A stretch of 64,000 nucleotides of DNA from Squalus acanthias (GCA_030390025.1 JASTWF010000339.1:372001-436000); one strand, 5' to 3'; counted from the first letter of the stretch, positions 1 to 12,262 are shown. Numbers and translations: made by a program. The notes: generated from the sequence alone by a model not told the origin.

Positions 1-2
1 TT

Positions 3-437
3 CACACTGACGAGAGACCATTTAAATGTTCTGACTTTGGGAAGAGCTTCAAAAGCTCCCAGGAGCTGAAGCAACACCAGCACCTCCACACTGGGGAGAG
101 GCCGTTCACCTGCTCTGTGTGTGGGAAGGGATTTGCTCGGTCTTCCAACCTGCTGAGACACCAGCGTTTAAACAGTGGAGAGAGACCGTTCACCTGCTCG
201 GTGTGTGGGAAGGAATTCTCTCTGTTTTCGAATCTGCAGACACACCGGCGAGTTCACACAGATGAGAGACCATTTACATGTTCTGACTGTGGGAAGAGCT
301 TTAAAAGGTCCGGGGATCTGAAGGGGCACCAGCGAGTTCACACTGGGGAGAGGCCTTTCACCTGCTCCGTGTGTGGGAAGGGATTCACTCAATCATCCCA
401 GCTGCTGAAACACCAGCGAGTGCACACTGTCCATTAG
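3..437 (+). CDS. C2H2 zinc-finger gene, 3' part (runs off the window start)
   Basis: Frame is open from base 3 ([16 protein letters not shown]...) to TAG at 435-437, with 28-aa CxxC-x12-HxxxH repeats and TGERPF/TDERPF linkers. The 3' flank is shared with paralogs ending at 14656, 24971 and 31886. Confidence 0.85.
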   Translation, partial: HTDERPFKCSDFGKSFKSSQELKQHQHLHTGERPFTCSVCGKGFARSSNLLRHQRLNSGERPFTCSVCGKEFSLFSNLQTHRRVHTDERPFTCSDCGKSFKRSGDLKGHQRVHTGERPFTCSVCGKGFTQSSQLLKHQRVHTVH

Positions 438-567
438 CGCAGGGCCCTGCAGACAGCTGGGGTGACATGAACGTGGAATGGATGAATGTTTTAGAAATTC
501 TTGTGCTGCTGTTTAATCTTTAAGACTGTTGTGCTGATGATTCCCTTCATTTGCCTGTTCATGGTGT

Positions 568-838
568 TACATAGAATGTACAGCACAGAAACAGGCCATT
601 CGGTCCAACTGGTCCATGCCAGTGTTTATGCTCCACACCCACCCTACTTCAACTAACCCTATCAACATATCCTCCTATTCCTTTCTCATGTGATTTCCCC
701 ATAAATGCAGCTATGCTATTCACTTCAATCTTCCTTGTGGTAGTGAGTTCCACATTCCCACCACTCTCTGGGTAAAGAAATTTCTCCTGAATTCCCTCCT
801 GGATTTGTTGGTGACTATTTTATATTTATGGCCCCATA
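568..838 (-). mobile_element. CR1 LINE 3' tail fragment
   Basis: Minus strand encodes the CR1 ORF2 C-terminus (RRNFFTQRVVGMWNSLPQ) followed by a CR1-type 3' UTR. The same insertion occurs at 14770-15040 and 31500-31755. Confidence 0.75.
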
Positions 839-914
839 AATATGATGAGATTCTGTTAAGCTGACCAGTATGTTGTTGTACTTTGTCTTTTTCTGATAAA
901 TGAAACATTACAAT

Positions 915-2456
915 GGGGAACGGTAACATAGTGGTTATGTTACTGGACTGGTAATACCACCAAGGCAGCTGGGAATTGAAATTCAGTTCATTCAATAAAA
1001 CTGGAATAAAAAGCTAGTATCAGTAAGGGTGACCATGAAACTATCGGATTGTGGTAAAAACCCATCTGGTTCACTAATGTCCTTTAGGGAAATAATCTGC
1101 CGTCCTACAGGTGACTCCAGACCCACAGCAATGTGGTTGACTCTTAACGGCCCTCTGAAATGACCTCACAAGCCACTCACTATGAAAAACAATAATAAGA
1201 ATGAAACCAGATGGACCACCCGGCATCAACCTCAGCACCGGCTTCGGACATGACAATGGCTCACCCAGCCCAGTCGACCCTGCAAAGTCCTCCTCACTAA
1301 CATGGGGACTTGTGCCAAAATTGGGAGAGCTGTCCCACAGACTAGTCAAGCAACAACCTCATAGTCATACTCACAGAATCATACCTTTCAGGCCAATGTC
1401 CCAGACTCCTCCATCACCATCCCTGGGTATGTCCTGTCCCACCGGCAGGACAGACTCACCAGAGGTGGCAGCACAGTGGTATACAGTCGGGAGGGAGTGG
1501 CCCTGGGAGTCCTCAACATTGACTCCGGACTCCATGAAGTCTCGTGGCTTCAGGTCAAGCACGGGCAATGAAACCTCCTGCAGATTATCACCTACCGCCC
1601 TCACTCAGCTGATGAATCAGTACTCCTCCATGTTGAACACCACTTGGAAGAAGCACTGAAGGTAGCAAGGGCACAGAATGCACTCTGGGTGGGGGACTTC
1701 AATGTCCATCACCAAGCTCAGTAGCACCACAACTGACCGAGGTGCCCAAGTCCTGAAGGATATAGCTGCCAGACCAGGACTGCGGCAGGTGGTGAGAGAA
1801 CCAACACGAGGCAAAAACCTACTTGACCTCGTCCTCACCAATCTACCTGTCGCAGATGCATCTGTCCATGACAGCATTGGTAGCAGTGACCACTGAACAG
1901 TCCTTGTGGAGACGAAATTCTGCCTTTATGCTGAGGACACCCTCCATCGTGTTGTGTGGCACTACCATCGTGCTAAATGGGATAGATTCAGAACAGATCC
2001 AGCAGCTCAACACTGGGCATCCATGAGGTGATGTGGGCCATCAGCAGCAGCAGAATTGTATTCCACCACAATCTGTAATCTCATGGCCCGGCATATCCCT
2101 TACTCTACCATTACCATCAAGCCAGGGGACCAACCCTGGTTCAATGAGGAGGGCAGAAGAGCATGCCAGGAGCAGCACCAGGCGTACCTAAAAATGAGGT
2201 GCCAACCTGGGGAAGCTGCAACACAGGACTACATGCATGCTAAAAAGCAGAAGCAGCATGCTAGAGACAGAGCTAAGCGATCCCACAATCAACGGATCAG
2301 ATCAAAGCTCTGCAGTCCTGCCAAATCCAGTCGAGAATGGTGGTGGATCATGAAAATCATGACAATCAAACAACTAACGGGAGGAGGAGGCTCCATGAAT
2401 ATCCCCATCCTCAATGATGGTGGAGCCCAGCACGTGAGTGCAAAAGACAAAGCTAA
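915..2456 (+). mobile_element. Degenerate non-LTR retrotransposon 5' part (APE endonuclease; CR1/L2 group)
   Basis: Frameshifted APE motifs: WVGDFNVH at ~1686, QVVREPTRGKNLLDLVLTN...SDH, then QPWFNE. Preceded by a ~280-bp leader starting with an A-box-like TAACATAGTGG. Confidence 0.75.
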
Positions 2457-2710
2457 AGGTTTAGAGGGGATTTGAGGAAAAACCTTTTCACCCAGAGGGT
2501 GGTTGGAATCTGGAACTCACTGCCTGAAAGGGTGGTAGAGGCAGGAACCCTCACAACATTCAAGGAGCATTTAGATGAGCACTTGAAAACGCCATAGCAT
2601 ACAAGGCTACGGACCAAGTGCTGGAAAATGGGATTAGAATAGACAGGGCTTGATGGCCGGCGTGGACACGATGGGCCGAAGGGCCTCTTTCTGCGCTGTA
2701 TAACTCTATG
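2457..2710 (+). mobile_element. CR1 LINE 3' end
   Basis: Encodes [23 protein letters not shown] followed by a CR1 3' UTR. Confidence 0.8.
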
Positions 2711-2813
2711 ACAACAGTGACTCCACTTCAAAAGTACTTCATTGACTGTAAAGCGCTTTGGGACATCCGGTGGTTGTGAAAGGCGCTATAGAAATGCAAG
2801 TCTTTCTTTTTTT
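2711..2813 (+). mobile_element. SINE 3' tail (same family as 17474-17930)
   Basis: acaacagtgactccacttcaaaagtacttcattg...aaaggcgctatagaaatgcaagtctttcttt matches the 3' end of the SINE at 17830-17930. Confidence 0.75.
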
Positions 2814-2984
2814 CAGGGGCAGAGAGGGTGTGTATCCCAGCATCGCCGCGCGGCTCAGTCCGGTGTCTGAAATCATAGGATTCAACTTTCATTGATCTTC
2901 TCATCCTCCTCCTAATCCTTGCTCCAAATGTATCTCTGCGATGCTCAGCAAGCGGAGACAATGGCGGTGGATATTACCCAGAAT

Positions 2985-3350
2985 GCTGCGCGTGGTAGAA
3001 CAGGCCCTATCAATGTAGCCGGGACCTGGTGCGCATGCGCAGTGTTTGGTGGGGGCGTTCCCGCGCGTGCGCAGTCAGTGCCAGCAGTCGGGTGATGGCG
3101 GCGGAGGGCGGAGAGAAAATTCCGGAGCGGGGAGACGGCGGCGGAGCACAGGGGAGCAAGGGAACCGGCGGGGAGGCTTTTTAAACACCCAGTGTAGGCC
3201 TCAAGCCCCGAATAAGAACCTACGGGTCCCGCGTTTGCCCCGAGCGGGGCGGCGGCTGCGGGGCTTTCATCCCGGTGACAGGCCCGGGTCAACGGCCGCC
3301 ATCTTGAGAGGCTGAGTGTGCAGCGGGGCGCATGCGCGGCCCCCTTGGGC
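2985..3350 (+). promoter_or_regulatory. CpG-island promoter / first exon of a ZNF gene
   Basis: CpG-rich. Perfect NRF1-type palindrome TGCGCATGCGCA at 3030-3041, second GCGCATGCGC at 3328-3337, YY1-type GCCGCCATCTTG at 3295-3306. Homologous to the reverse complement of 62470-62600. Confidence 0.65.
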
Positions 3351-3409
3351 CAGGGAGCAGGAGGAGAGAATGTTGTGAATTTCTGTCCTGGACTCTCAGT
3401 GATGGCTTT

Positions 3410-3557
3410 TGTAAACTCCTTTCACAGGCTGTGAGAAGGGCAGGATTGACAGACGGGGAAACTTAAACCAAACTTCACATCAAGATCTGAGAGAGTCACT
3501 CCATTCATCAGAACCTGAAATTCATCGGCCTTTTGAGTGTGGAAGGAGAAATGTTTG
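3410..3557 (+). pseudogene. Truncated ZNF coding-exon start, cut by CR1
   Basis: Acceptor-like aaactccttttcacag followed by sequence homologous to the minus-strand exon start at 61835-61961. Stops abruptly at CR1 sequence. Confidence 0.7.
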
Positions 3558-3559
3558 GG

Positions 3560-6204
3560 AGGTAAGTAGGGATGATCAGGAAACCAGGATGTAGAAGCGG
3601 TTTGGGTAGAGATGAGAATAATAAAGGCAAGAAGTCACTTGTGGGAGTGGTGTACAGGCCCCCTAACAGTAACCACATGGTAGGATGGAGTATAAAGGAA
3701 GAAATAATGAGAGCTTGTCAGAAGAGTACGGCAATAATCATGGGGGATTTTAATCTGCGTATAGACTGGAAAAATCAGATGGGCAAAGGTAGCCTCGATG
3801 AGGAGTTCATGGAATGTTTTCAGGATAATTTCTTACAACAACACGTTCTGGAGCCAACCAGAGAGCAGGCTATACTCGACCTGGTATTGTGCAACGAGAT
3901 AGGATTAATTAATGACCTCATAGTGAAGGCGCCCCTAGGTAGCAGCGATCATAATATGATTGAATTTTACATTCAGTTTGAGGGAGAGAAGAGTGGGTCC
4001 AAGACTAGTATTTTAAACTTAAATAAGGATAATTATGAGTGCATGAAAGCAGAGCTAGCTAAAGTGAACTGGCAAATTAAGTTAAGGGATAGGTCAATAG
4101 AGTTGCAGTGGCAGACATTTCAGGGGATATTTCAAAATACACAGAATATATACATTCCAGCAAGAAAGAAAAATTCCAAGGGAGAACCCTCCATCCGTGG
4201 TTAACTAAAAAAGTTAAAGATAGTATTAAACTTAAAGAAAAAACATATAATTGCGCAAAGATGGGTGGTAGGTCAGAAGATTGGACAGAATATACAAAAC
4301 AGCAACGAATAACTAAAAGATTAATAAGGAGAGAAAAATTAGAGTACGAGAGAAAGCTAGCTAGAAATATAATAACAGATAGTAAGAGTTTCTATAGATA
4401 TTTTTTAAAAGAAAAGAGTTAACAAAGTGAGCGTTGGTCCTATAGAAAGTGAGTCTGGGGGATTAATAATGGAAAATAAGGAGATGGCAGTTGAATTGAA
4501 CAGGTATTTTGCATCGGTCTTCACTATAGAAGATACAAGTAACATCCCAGAAATAGCTGTAAATCAGGAAATGGAAGGGAGGGAGGATCTCAAGAAAATG
4601 ACAATCACCAGGGAAGTGGTACTGAGCAAATTGTTGGAGCTGCGGGGTGACAAGTTCCCGGGTCCTGATGGACTTCATCCTAGGGTCTTAAAAGAAGTAG
4701 CTAGTGAGATAGTTGATGCATTGCTTTTAATTTTCCAAAATTCTCTAGATTCGGGGAAGGTTCCATTAGATTGGAAAATAGCGAATGTAACTCCTTTATT
4801 CAAAAAGGGAGGGAGACAGAAAGCAGGAAACTACAGGCCAGTTAGCTTAACATCTGTCAGAGGGAAGATGTTCGAAGCTATTATTAAAGACGTTATAGCA
4901 GGGCACTTAGAAAAGTTCAAAGTGCTCGGGCAGAGTCAACATGGTTTTGTGAAAGGGAAATCATGTTTAACCAATTTATTGGAGTTCTTTGAGGAAGTAA
5001 CATGTGCTGTGGATAAAGGGGAACCGGTGGATGTACGTACTTAGATTTCCAGAAGGCATTTGATAAGGTGCCACATCAAAGGTTATTACGGAAAATAAAA
5101 GCTCATGGTGGAGGGGATAACATATTGTCATGGATAGAAGATTGGCTAGCTAACAGGAAACAGAGAGTAGGCATAAATGGGTCATTTTCTGGTTGGCATG
5201 CTGTAACGAGTGGTGTGCCACAGGGATCAGTGCTGGGGCCTCAACTTTTTACAATTTATATAAATGACTTGGATGAAGGGACCGAAGGTATGGTTGCTAA
5301 ATTTGCTGATGACACAAAGATAGGTAGGAAAGTAAATTGTGAAGAGGACATAAGGAGGCTACAAAGGGATATAGATAGGTTAAGTGAGTGGGCAAAGATC
5401 TGGCAAATGGAGTATAATGTTGGAAAATGTGAAGTTGTCCATTTTGGCAGGAAGAATAAAACAGCATATTATCTAAATGGTGAGAGATTGCAGAGCTCTG
5501 AGATGCAGAGGGATCTGGGGGCCCTAGTGTATGAATCGCAAAAGGTTAGTATGCAGGTACAGCAAGGAATTAGGAAAGTTAATAGAATGTTATCGTTTAT
5601 TGCGAGGGGAATTGAATACAAAAGTAGGGAGGTTATGCTTCAGTTCTACAGGGCATTGGTGAGACCACATCTGGAGTACTGTGTACAGTATTGGTCTCCT
5701 TATTTAAGGAAGGATGTAAGTGCATTGGAAGCAGTTCAGAGAAGGTTTACTAGATTAATACCTGGAATGGGCAGGTTGTCTTATGAGGAAAGGTTGGACA
5801 GGCTAGGCTTGTATCCGCTGGAGTTTCGAAGAATAAGAGGTGACTTCATTGAAACATATAAGATCCTGAGGGGTCTTGACAGGGTGAATGTGGAGAGGAT
5901 GTTTCCTCTTGTGGGAGAATCTAGAACTAGGGGTCACTGTTTAAAAATAAGGGGTCGTCCATTTAAGACCGAGATGAGGAGAAATTTTTTCTCAGAGTCG
6001 TTAGTCTTTGGAACTCTCTTCCTCAGAGGGCAGTGGAAGCAGAGTCTTTGAATATTTTTAAGGCAGAGGTAGATAGATTCTTGTTCAGCAAGGGGGTGAA
6101 AGGTTATCGGGGGTAGGCGGGAATGTGGAGTAATCAGATCAGCCATGATCTTATTGAATGGTGGAGCAGGCTCGAGGGGCCGAGTGGCCTACTCCTGCTC
6201 CTAA
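3560..6204 (+). mobile_element. CR1 LINE ORF2 (APE + RT), frameshifted, with 3' UTR
   Basis: ORFs 3572-4204 (GVVYRPP, MGDFN, LDLVL, SDH), 4427-5044 (GPDGLHP, NYRPVSLTS) and 5068-6051 (GVPQGSVLGP, KFADDTK). Confidence 0.95.
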
Positions 6205-7241
6205 CAGAGAGTAGTGGTGAACGGTTGGTTTTCGGACTGGAGGAAGGTGTTCCCCAAGGGTCGGTTCTAGGACCACTGTTTTTCTTGATATATATTAATG
6301 ACTTGGACGTGGGTGTACAGGGCACAATTTCAAAATTTGCAGATGACACAAAACTTGGAAGTATAGTGAACAGTGAGGAGGAGAGTGATAGACCTCAGGA
6401 AGACATAAACAGGCTGTTGAAATGGGCGGACACGTGGCAGATGAAATTTAACGCAGAAAAGTGCAAAGTGATACATTTTGGTCGAAAGAATGTGGAGAGG
6501 ACATATAAACTAAAGGGTACAATCCTAAAGGGGGTGCACGAACAGAGACACCTGGGGGTATATGTGCCCAAATCATTGAAGGTGGCAGGGCAGGTTGAGA
6601 AAGCAGTTAAAAAGGCTTCCGGGATCCTGGGCTTCATAAATAGAGGTATAGAGTACAAAAGTGTGGAAATTATGATGAACCTGTATAAAACACTGGTTCA
6701 GCCCCAACTGGAGTATTGTGTCCAATTCTGGGCACCACACTTTAGGAAGGATGTGGAGACCTTAGAGAGAAGGTGCAGTAAAGATTTACGAGAATGATTC
6801 CAGGAATGAGCGACTTCAGTTACGTTGATAGACTGAGAAGCTGGGGTTTTTCTGGAGCAGAGAAGATTGAGAGGAGATTTGATAGAGGTGTTCAAAATCA
6901 TGAGGGGTCTGGACAGAGTAGATAGAGAGAAACTGTTCCCATTGACAGAAGGGTCGAGAACCAGAGGACACAGATTTAAGGTGATTGGCAAAAGAACCAA
7001 AGGCGACATGAGGAAAAACCTTTTTACGCAGCGAGTGGTTAGGATCTGGAATGCACTGCCTGAAAGGGTGGTGGAGGCAGACTCAATCGTGGCTTTCAAA
7101 AGGGAATTGGAGAAGTATGTGAAGGACAAAAAATTGCAGGGCTCTGGGGAAAGGACAGGGGAGTGGGACTGGCTGAGAGTCGGCATGGGCTCGACAGGCC
7201 GAATGGCTGCCTTCCATGCTATAACCATTCTATGATTCTAT
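6205..7241 (+). mobile_element. CR1 LINE, 5'-truncated
   Basis: RT motifs GVPQGSVLGP and FADDTK; ends in the CR1 tail attctatgattctat. Confidence 0.9.
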
Positions 7242-7297
7242 CCTGCAACATTCTCCCTCTTACCCCATTTCTAAACTCCTTTTACAGGGTTTTAGAA

Positions 7298-8548
7298 ATG
7301 GAGCATTTACAGACAGGAAGCTCAGACCAAACATCACCTCAAGATCTGACAGAGTCGCTCGATTCATCAGGACCTGAATATCATCGTCCTTTGCCCATGG
7401 AAGGAGAGAGCAGCGATCGCAGCGCGGACAAACCGCACACATGTTCCGGGGAGAAACCGGGTATAGGTGAGGATGGTGGGAAGGGATTCAGTTCACCGTC
7501 TACGCCAGAAGTTCATCCGCACAGTCACCCCGGGAACAGTCCGATCACCTGCTCTGTGTGTGGGAAGGGATTCACTCAGACATCCCACCTGCTGAGACAC
7601 CAGCTTGTCCACACTGATGAGAGAGCGTTTCAATGTTCCGACTGTGGGAAGAGGTTTAAAAGCTCTACGAATCTGACGACACACCAGCGGTCTCACACTG
7701 GAGAGAGACCGTTCACCTGCTCCGTGTGTGGGAAGGGTTTCACTGTGTCATCCAACCTGCTGCAACATGAGCGAGTTCACACTGGAGAGAGACCGTTCAC
7801 CTGCTGTGAGTGTGGGAAACGTTTCACTCAGTCATCCAACCTGCAGACACACCAGCGAGTTCACACTGGGGAGAGGCCGTTCACCTGCTCCGTGTGCGGG
7901 AAGGGATTCACGTGGTCATCCAACCTGCAGACACACCACCAAGTTCACACTGATGAAAGGACGTTTAAATGTTCCGACTGTGGAAAGAGCTTTAAAAGCT
8001 CCGACGATCTGAAGCGACACCAGCGCGTACACACTGATGAGAGACCGTTCACCTGCTCCGTGTGCGGGAAGGGATTCACTGAGTCATCGGACCTGCTGCA
8101 ACACCAGCGAGTTCACACTTCGGAGAGGCCGTTCATCTGCTCCGTTTGTGGGAAGGGATTCGCTCGGTCAACCACCCTGCAGACACACCTGCGAGTTCAC
8201 ACTGGGGAGACGCCGTTCACCTGCTCCGTGTGCGAGCTGGGATTCACACAGCTATCCAACCTGCTGAGACACCAGCGAGATCACACTGACGAGACACCGT
8301 TTAAATGTTTTGACTGTGGGAAGAGCTTTAAAAGCTCCTGGGAGCTGAAGCGACACCAGCGAGTTCACACTGGGGAGAGGCCGTTCACCTGCTCAGAGTG
8401 TGGGAAGGGATTCGCTGAGTCATCCACCCTCCTGTCACACCAGCTTGTTCACACTGATGAGAGACCCTTGAAATGTTCTGACTGTGGGAAGAGCTTTAAA
8501 AGCTCAAAGAGCCTGAAGAGACACCAGCTTGTTCACACTGTTCTGTGA
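7298..8548 (+). CDS. C2H2 zinc-finger protein, 12 intact fingers, ~416 aa, no KRAB
   Basis: Acceptor ttttacAG at 7286-7287, ATG at 7298 ([11 protein letters not shown]...), 12 canonical fingers, ends HTVL-stop. The ORF-track extension back to 7163 is CR1 tail and intron. Confidence 0.85.
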   Translation: MEHLQTGSSDQTSPQDLTESLDSSGPEYHRPLPMEGESSDRSADKPHTCSGEKPGIGEDGGKGFSSPSTPEVHPHSHPGNSPITCSVCGKGFTQTSHLLRHQLVHTDERAFQCSDCGKRFKSSTNLTTHQRSHTGERPFTCSVCGKGFTVSSNLLQHERVHTGERPFTCCECGKRFTQSSNLQTHQRVHTGERPFTCSVCGKGFTWSSNLQTHHQVHTDERTFKCSDCGKSFKSSDDLKRHQRVHTDERPFTCSVCGKGFTESSDLLQHQRVHTSERPFICSVCGKGFARSTTLQTHLRVHTGETPFTCSVCELGFTQLSNLLRHQRDHTDETPFKCFDCGKSFKSSWELKRHQRVHTGERPFTCSECGKGFAESSTLLSHQLVHTDERPLKCSDCGKSFKSSKSLKRHQLVHTVL

Positions 8549-10063
8549 TTCTGTAGATTTACAGAAGGAGGTGATTCTGCCCATTGTGTCTGAGCCGGCT
8601 CTTTAAAAGAGCTGTAGAATTTAGTCCCACTCCCCAGCTTTAGCCCCATAACCCTGCAAACTAGTCCTCTTCAAATACAGGTCCAATTGCCTTTGAACGT
8701 TCCTATGGAACCTGATTCCACCATCCTTTCAGATGGTGCATTCCAGATCCCAACAACCCTCTGTGTGAAAACAATTCTCCTCATTTCCCCTCTCGCTCTT
8801 TCGGCGATTATTTTAAATCTCTGACCTCTGGTTACCGACCCACTTGCCAGAGGAAACAGTTTCTCCCTACTTGCCCTATCAAAACCCCTCAGAATTTTCA
8901 GTACCTCTATTAGGTCTCCCCTTATCCTTCACTGCTCGAAGGGGAACAATCCCAGCTTCTTCAATCTCTCCACATAGCTGAAGTCCCTCATCCCTGGTAA
9001 ACCTCCTCTGTACCCTCTCCAAGGCCTTGACATCCTTCCTAAAGCGTCGTGTCCAGAATTCTACACAATACTCCAGCTGAGGCCTAACCAGTGACTTGTA
9101 AAGGTTTAACATAACTACCTTGTTTTTGTATTCAATGGCCCTATTTACAAAGCCAAGTATTCCATACACTTTCTGAACCGCCTGATCAACTTGCTGTGTC
9201 ACTTTCAATGATTTGTGAATATGCCCCCCCAGGTCCCTCTGCTCTTGCACCTCTCTCAGAATAGCACCATTTAGATTATACTGTCTCTCCATGTTGTTCC
9301 TCCCAAAGTGCATCACTTCACACTTATCCACATTAAACTGCATCTGCCACGTGTCTGCCCATTTCACAGTCTGTCTATGTCCTCCTGAAGTCTGCTACTA
9401 TCCTGCTCACTACGTTCCCAAGTTTTGTATTATCTGTAAACTTTGAAATTATACACCTATACCCAAGTCCAGGTCATTTATATATAACAAGGAAAGCAAT
9501 GGTGCTAATACCGACCCCGGGGGACCCCACTGCATACTTCCCTCCAGTCAGAAAAACATCCCTTCACCACAACTCTCTGCCTCCTGTCCATTAGCCAATT
9601 ACATACCCATGTTGATACCATGTACTTCTATTCTCCGAATAAGTCTCTTATGTGGTACTTTATCAAATGCCTTTTGAAAGTCCATATATATAACATCTTC
9701 TGCACTACCTTCATCAACCCTCTGTTACTTCAACGAACTCAATCAGGTTAGTCAGACATGATTGGCCTTTAACAAATCTGTGCTGGCTGTCCCTCATTAA
9801 CCCATGCTTCTCCAAGTGAGAATTAATTTTGTCCCTGACAATGGTCTCTCGTAGTTTACCCACCACTGACGTTAGACTGATTGGCCTGTTGTTGCCGGGT
9901 TTATCCCTCTCCCCCTTTTTAAACAGGGGTGTAACATTTGCAATCCTCCAGTCCTCTGGCACCATATCCAAGGAGGATTGAAAGATTGTGGTCAGATCCT
10001 CTGCTATCTCCACCCTCGCTTCCCTCAGCAACCTAGGATGCATCAGGTCTGGACCGGGTGACA

Positions 10064-10912
10064 GCACCCCTTCCCCTTCGCCCGGCACCTTCCCGTGCAC
10101 GCGCAGGAGATGCAACACATGCCCTTACACCTCCCCTCTTCCCACTGTCCAGGGCCCCAAACACCCCTTCCAGGTGAAACAGCGATTTACTTGTACTTCC
10201 TGCAATTTAGTACACTGTATTCGCTGCTCACGATGTGGTCTCCTCTACATTGGGGAGACCAAACGCAGATTGGGTGACCGCTTTGCGGAACACCTCCGTT
10301 CAGTCCGTAAGGGGGACCCCGAGCTCCCGGTGGCCTGTCACTTTAATTCACCGCTTCACTCCCACTCTGACCTCACCGTCCTCGGCCTATTACACTGTTC
10401 CACGGAAGCGCAGCGTAAGCTCGAGGAACAGCACCTCATCTTTCGTTTAGGCACGCTACAGCCCTCTGGACTCAATATCGAGTTCAACAATTTTAGATCA
10501 TAACCTCAGCTCCAATCACATTTATATTTTATTTTTTCCATCCTTTTATTTGCCCCCCCCCACCTTTTTTTTCCTCCTAGAAGCTGGCAGCTGTCCTTCA
10601 TTCTGCCAGTGGATTTCACACTTCTTTCAGCCTTAATCTGTCACATTAACACCACCTCTAGCCTTGCATATCTCTTAATGTCTCTTAATGTCTCTTCATC
10701 TCCCCCTTTGTTCTTTTATCCCCTCCCCCTTTTCCCAGCTTTACTCTGGCCTTAAATCTATTTGATTTCCGGCTCTTCACAGTTCTGACGAAAGGTTATC
10801 GACCTGATACGTTAACTCTCTTTCTCTCTCCACAGATGCTGCCTGGCCTGCTGAGTTTTTCCAGCGTTTTCTGTTGTTATTTCAGATTTCCAGCATCCGC
10901 AGTATTTTGCTA
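10064..10912 (+). mobile_element. Penelope-like element (Neptune type) 3' fragment: Cys linker + GIY-YIG + pLTR
   Basis: CTRRRCNTC linker and NLVHCIRCSRCGLLYIGETKRRLGDRFAEH endonuclease. Pyrimidine-rich 3' UTR with a hammerhead-like motif. Confidence 0.85.
10781..10817 (+). ncRNA. Minimal hammerhead ribozyme, degenerate (GAAA>GAUA)
   Basis: agtt-CTGACGA-a-AGGT tatcg ACCT-GATA-cgtt-aact: stems I and II pair, with one core substitution. Confidence 0.65.
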
Positions 10913-11129
10913 TCGACTTGTTAACTTTGATTGACACCAACCTATTTAGCACCTCCTTTCTATCTATTTTTATCCGATCCAATTTCTCTACTCCCCCTCC
11001 TCTACTGCGACATTAACTTCATCCTCTTCTTTTGTGAAGACAGATGCAAATTACTCGTTCAGTACCTCAGCCACGCCCTCCGCCTCTGTACCTGACATTT
11101 GCCATAAACCTCCTTTTTCTGTTTTAGGT

Positions 11130-11672
11130 GGCTGAGGGATGAAGGAGGCGAGTGTGCAATGGAGATGGTAATGGGACAAGTTAAGAAACAAAAGATGACT
11201 CGAGATGGAAGGCAGGAGAGATTAAGAGACATTGAGAGATTAAGAGATGGTGCAAGGCAAAAGGAGATGGTAATGGGACAAGTTAACAAAAGATGGCTCT
11301 AGATGGAGTGTAAATGGCACTCCCATTACCATCTCTTTGCCTTGCACCATCTCTTAATCTCTCTTACACTCTCCTGCCTTCCATCCTATCACAGAGCTTC
11401 CCTTTTGTTCTTTCCTCCCCTCCCCCCTTTCCCTGCCCCAGCACTTTATTAGTTTATGGGATCTGGGTGTCGCTGGCAAAGCCAGCATTTATTGCCCAGC
11501 CTATGCCTTAAAACCTGTTCTATCTCCAGCTTTTTCCAGTTCTGACTAAGGGTCACAGACCTGAAACGTTAACTCTGTTTCTCTCTCCACCGATGCTGCC
11601 GGACCTGCTGAGTATTTCCAGCATTTTCTGTTTTTATTTCAGATTTCCAGCATCCGCAGTATTTTGCTTTTG
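11130..11672. mobile_element. Penelope-like 3' UTR/pLTR remnant in inverted arrangement
   Basis: 11236-11278 is an imperfect reverse complement of 11321-11361. The plus arm continues into the pLTR seen at 10780-10910 and 28290-28390. Confidence 0.65.
11538..11574 (+). ncRNA. Minimal hammerhead ribozyme, degenerate (CUGACGA>CUGACUA)
   Basis: agtt-CTGACTA-a-gGGTC aca GACCt-GAAA-cgtt-aact; core G8 is mutated. Confidence 0.6.
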
Positions 11673-11674
11673 TA

Positions 11675-12100
11675 TCCCTGCAGAAGACAACGGGCTGCGG
11701 CCGCTCAATCCGCTCCGCTCGGTGCCGGGAGGGCGCTGGGACGCTCTGGTTTGTATTTTCATTTTATTTATCTCCCCGCCCGCGTTTCTCTCCGCTATAT
11801 ATAAAAAAAACCTCATAAAACTCACTTTCCGCCGGTGATCCGGACTCTCAGTGCTGAGCATGCGCGGTGCGGGCCGATCGCCTGTGGAGCAGGAGAGGGC
11901 GGGGCCATGGGGCGCATGCGCGGTGTCAGTCACAACTCAACGCGGCGGCTAGAGCACTTTCTGCAGCGCGGGCGCTTGTGGGCATTGCAGCCGCCATTAC
12001 TGTTGATCCTTTCAACCGACCTGTGCAGCAGCTGGGGCCTGAAAATCAGCTTCACTGCCCCTGGGCTGGGAAAGGGAGACATGAGACAACATTCTCCCTC
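11675..12100 (+). promoter_or_regulatory. CpG-island 5' region of a ZNF gene (chimeric)
   Basis: 11675-11849 is an inverted copy of 34191-34365, and 11850-12260 is a direct copy of 23457-23870. Contains a GCGCATGCGC motif. Confidence 0.6.
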
Positions 12101-12262
12101 TTACCCACTTTCTAAACTCCTTTTACAGGGTTTTAGAAGTGGAGCATTTACAGACAGGAAGCTCAGACCATGATCTGACAGAGTCGCTCTATTCATCGGG
12201 ACCTGAATGTCATCAGCTTCTGCACATGGAAGGAAAGAGCAGCGATCACAGCACGGCCGGTG
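12100..12262 (+). pseudogene. Truncated ZNF coding-exon start
   Basis: ttttacAG|ggttttagaaGTGgagcatttacagacagg encodes [16 protein letters not shown] (ATG>GTG). No fingers follow. Confidence 0.65.

Larger units (their letters stand above)
8552..11090 (-). mobile_element. Fragmented CR1 LINE, interrupted by a Penelope-like insertion
   Basis: Minus-strand CR1 ORF2 pieces (WADTWQMQFNVDKC; WRIANVTPLFKKG; AEVLNE*FASVFTKE at ~11030-11085). 3' tail near 8552. Confidence 0.85.

Noticed and set aside
168..392. Antisense and alternate-frame ORFs over ZNF, CR1 and Penelope sequences
   Set aside because: Expected shadows of repetitive coding sequence with no independent domain signal.
7163..7297. N-terminal extensions of ZNF ORFs in the ORF track (also 23455-23745)
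   Set aside because: They lie upstream of the conserved splice acceptor and derive from CR1 tail or CpG-island sequence.
7298..8548. KRAB-ZFP or PRDM9 assignment
   Set aside because: No KRAB, SSXRD or PR/SET motifs are visible in the window, so no gene symbol can be supported.
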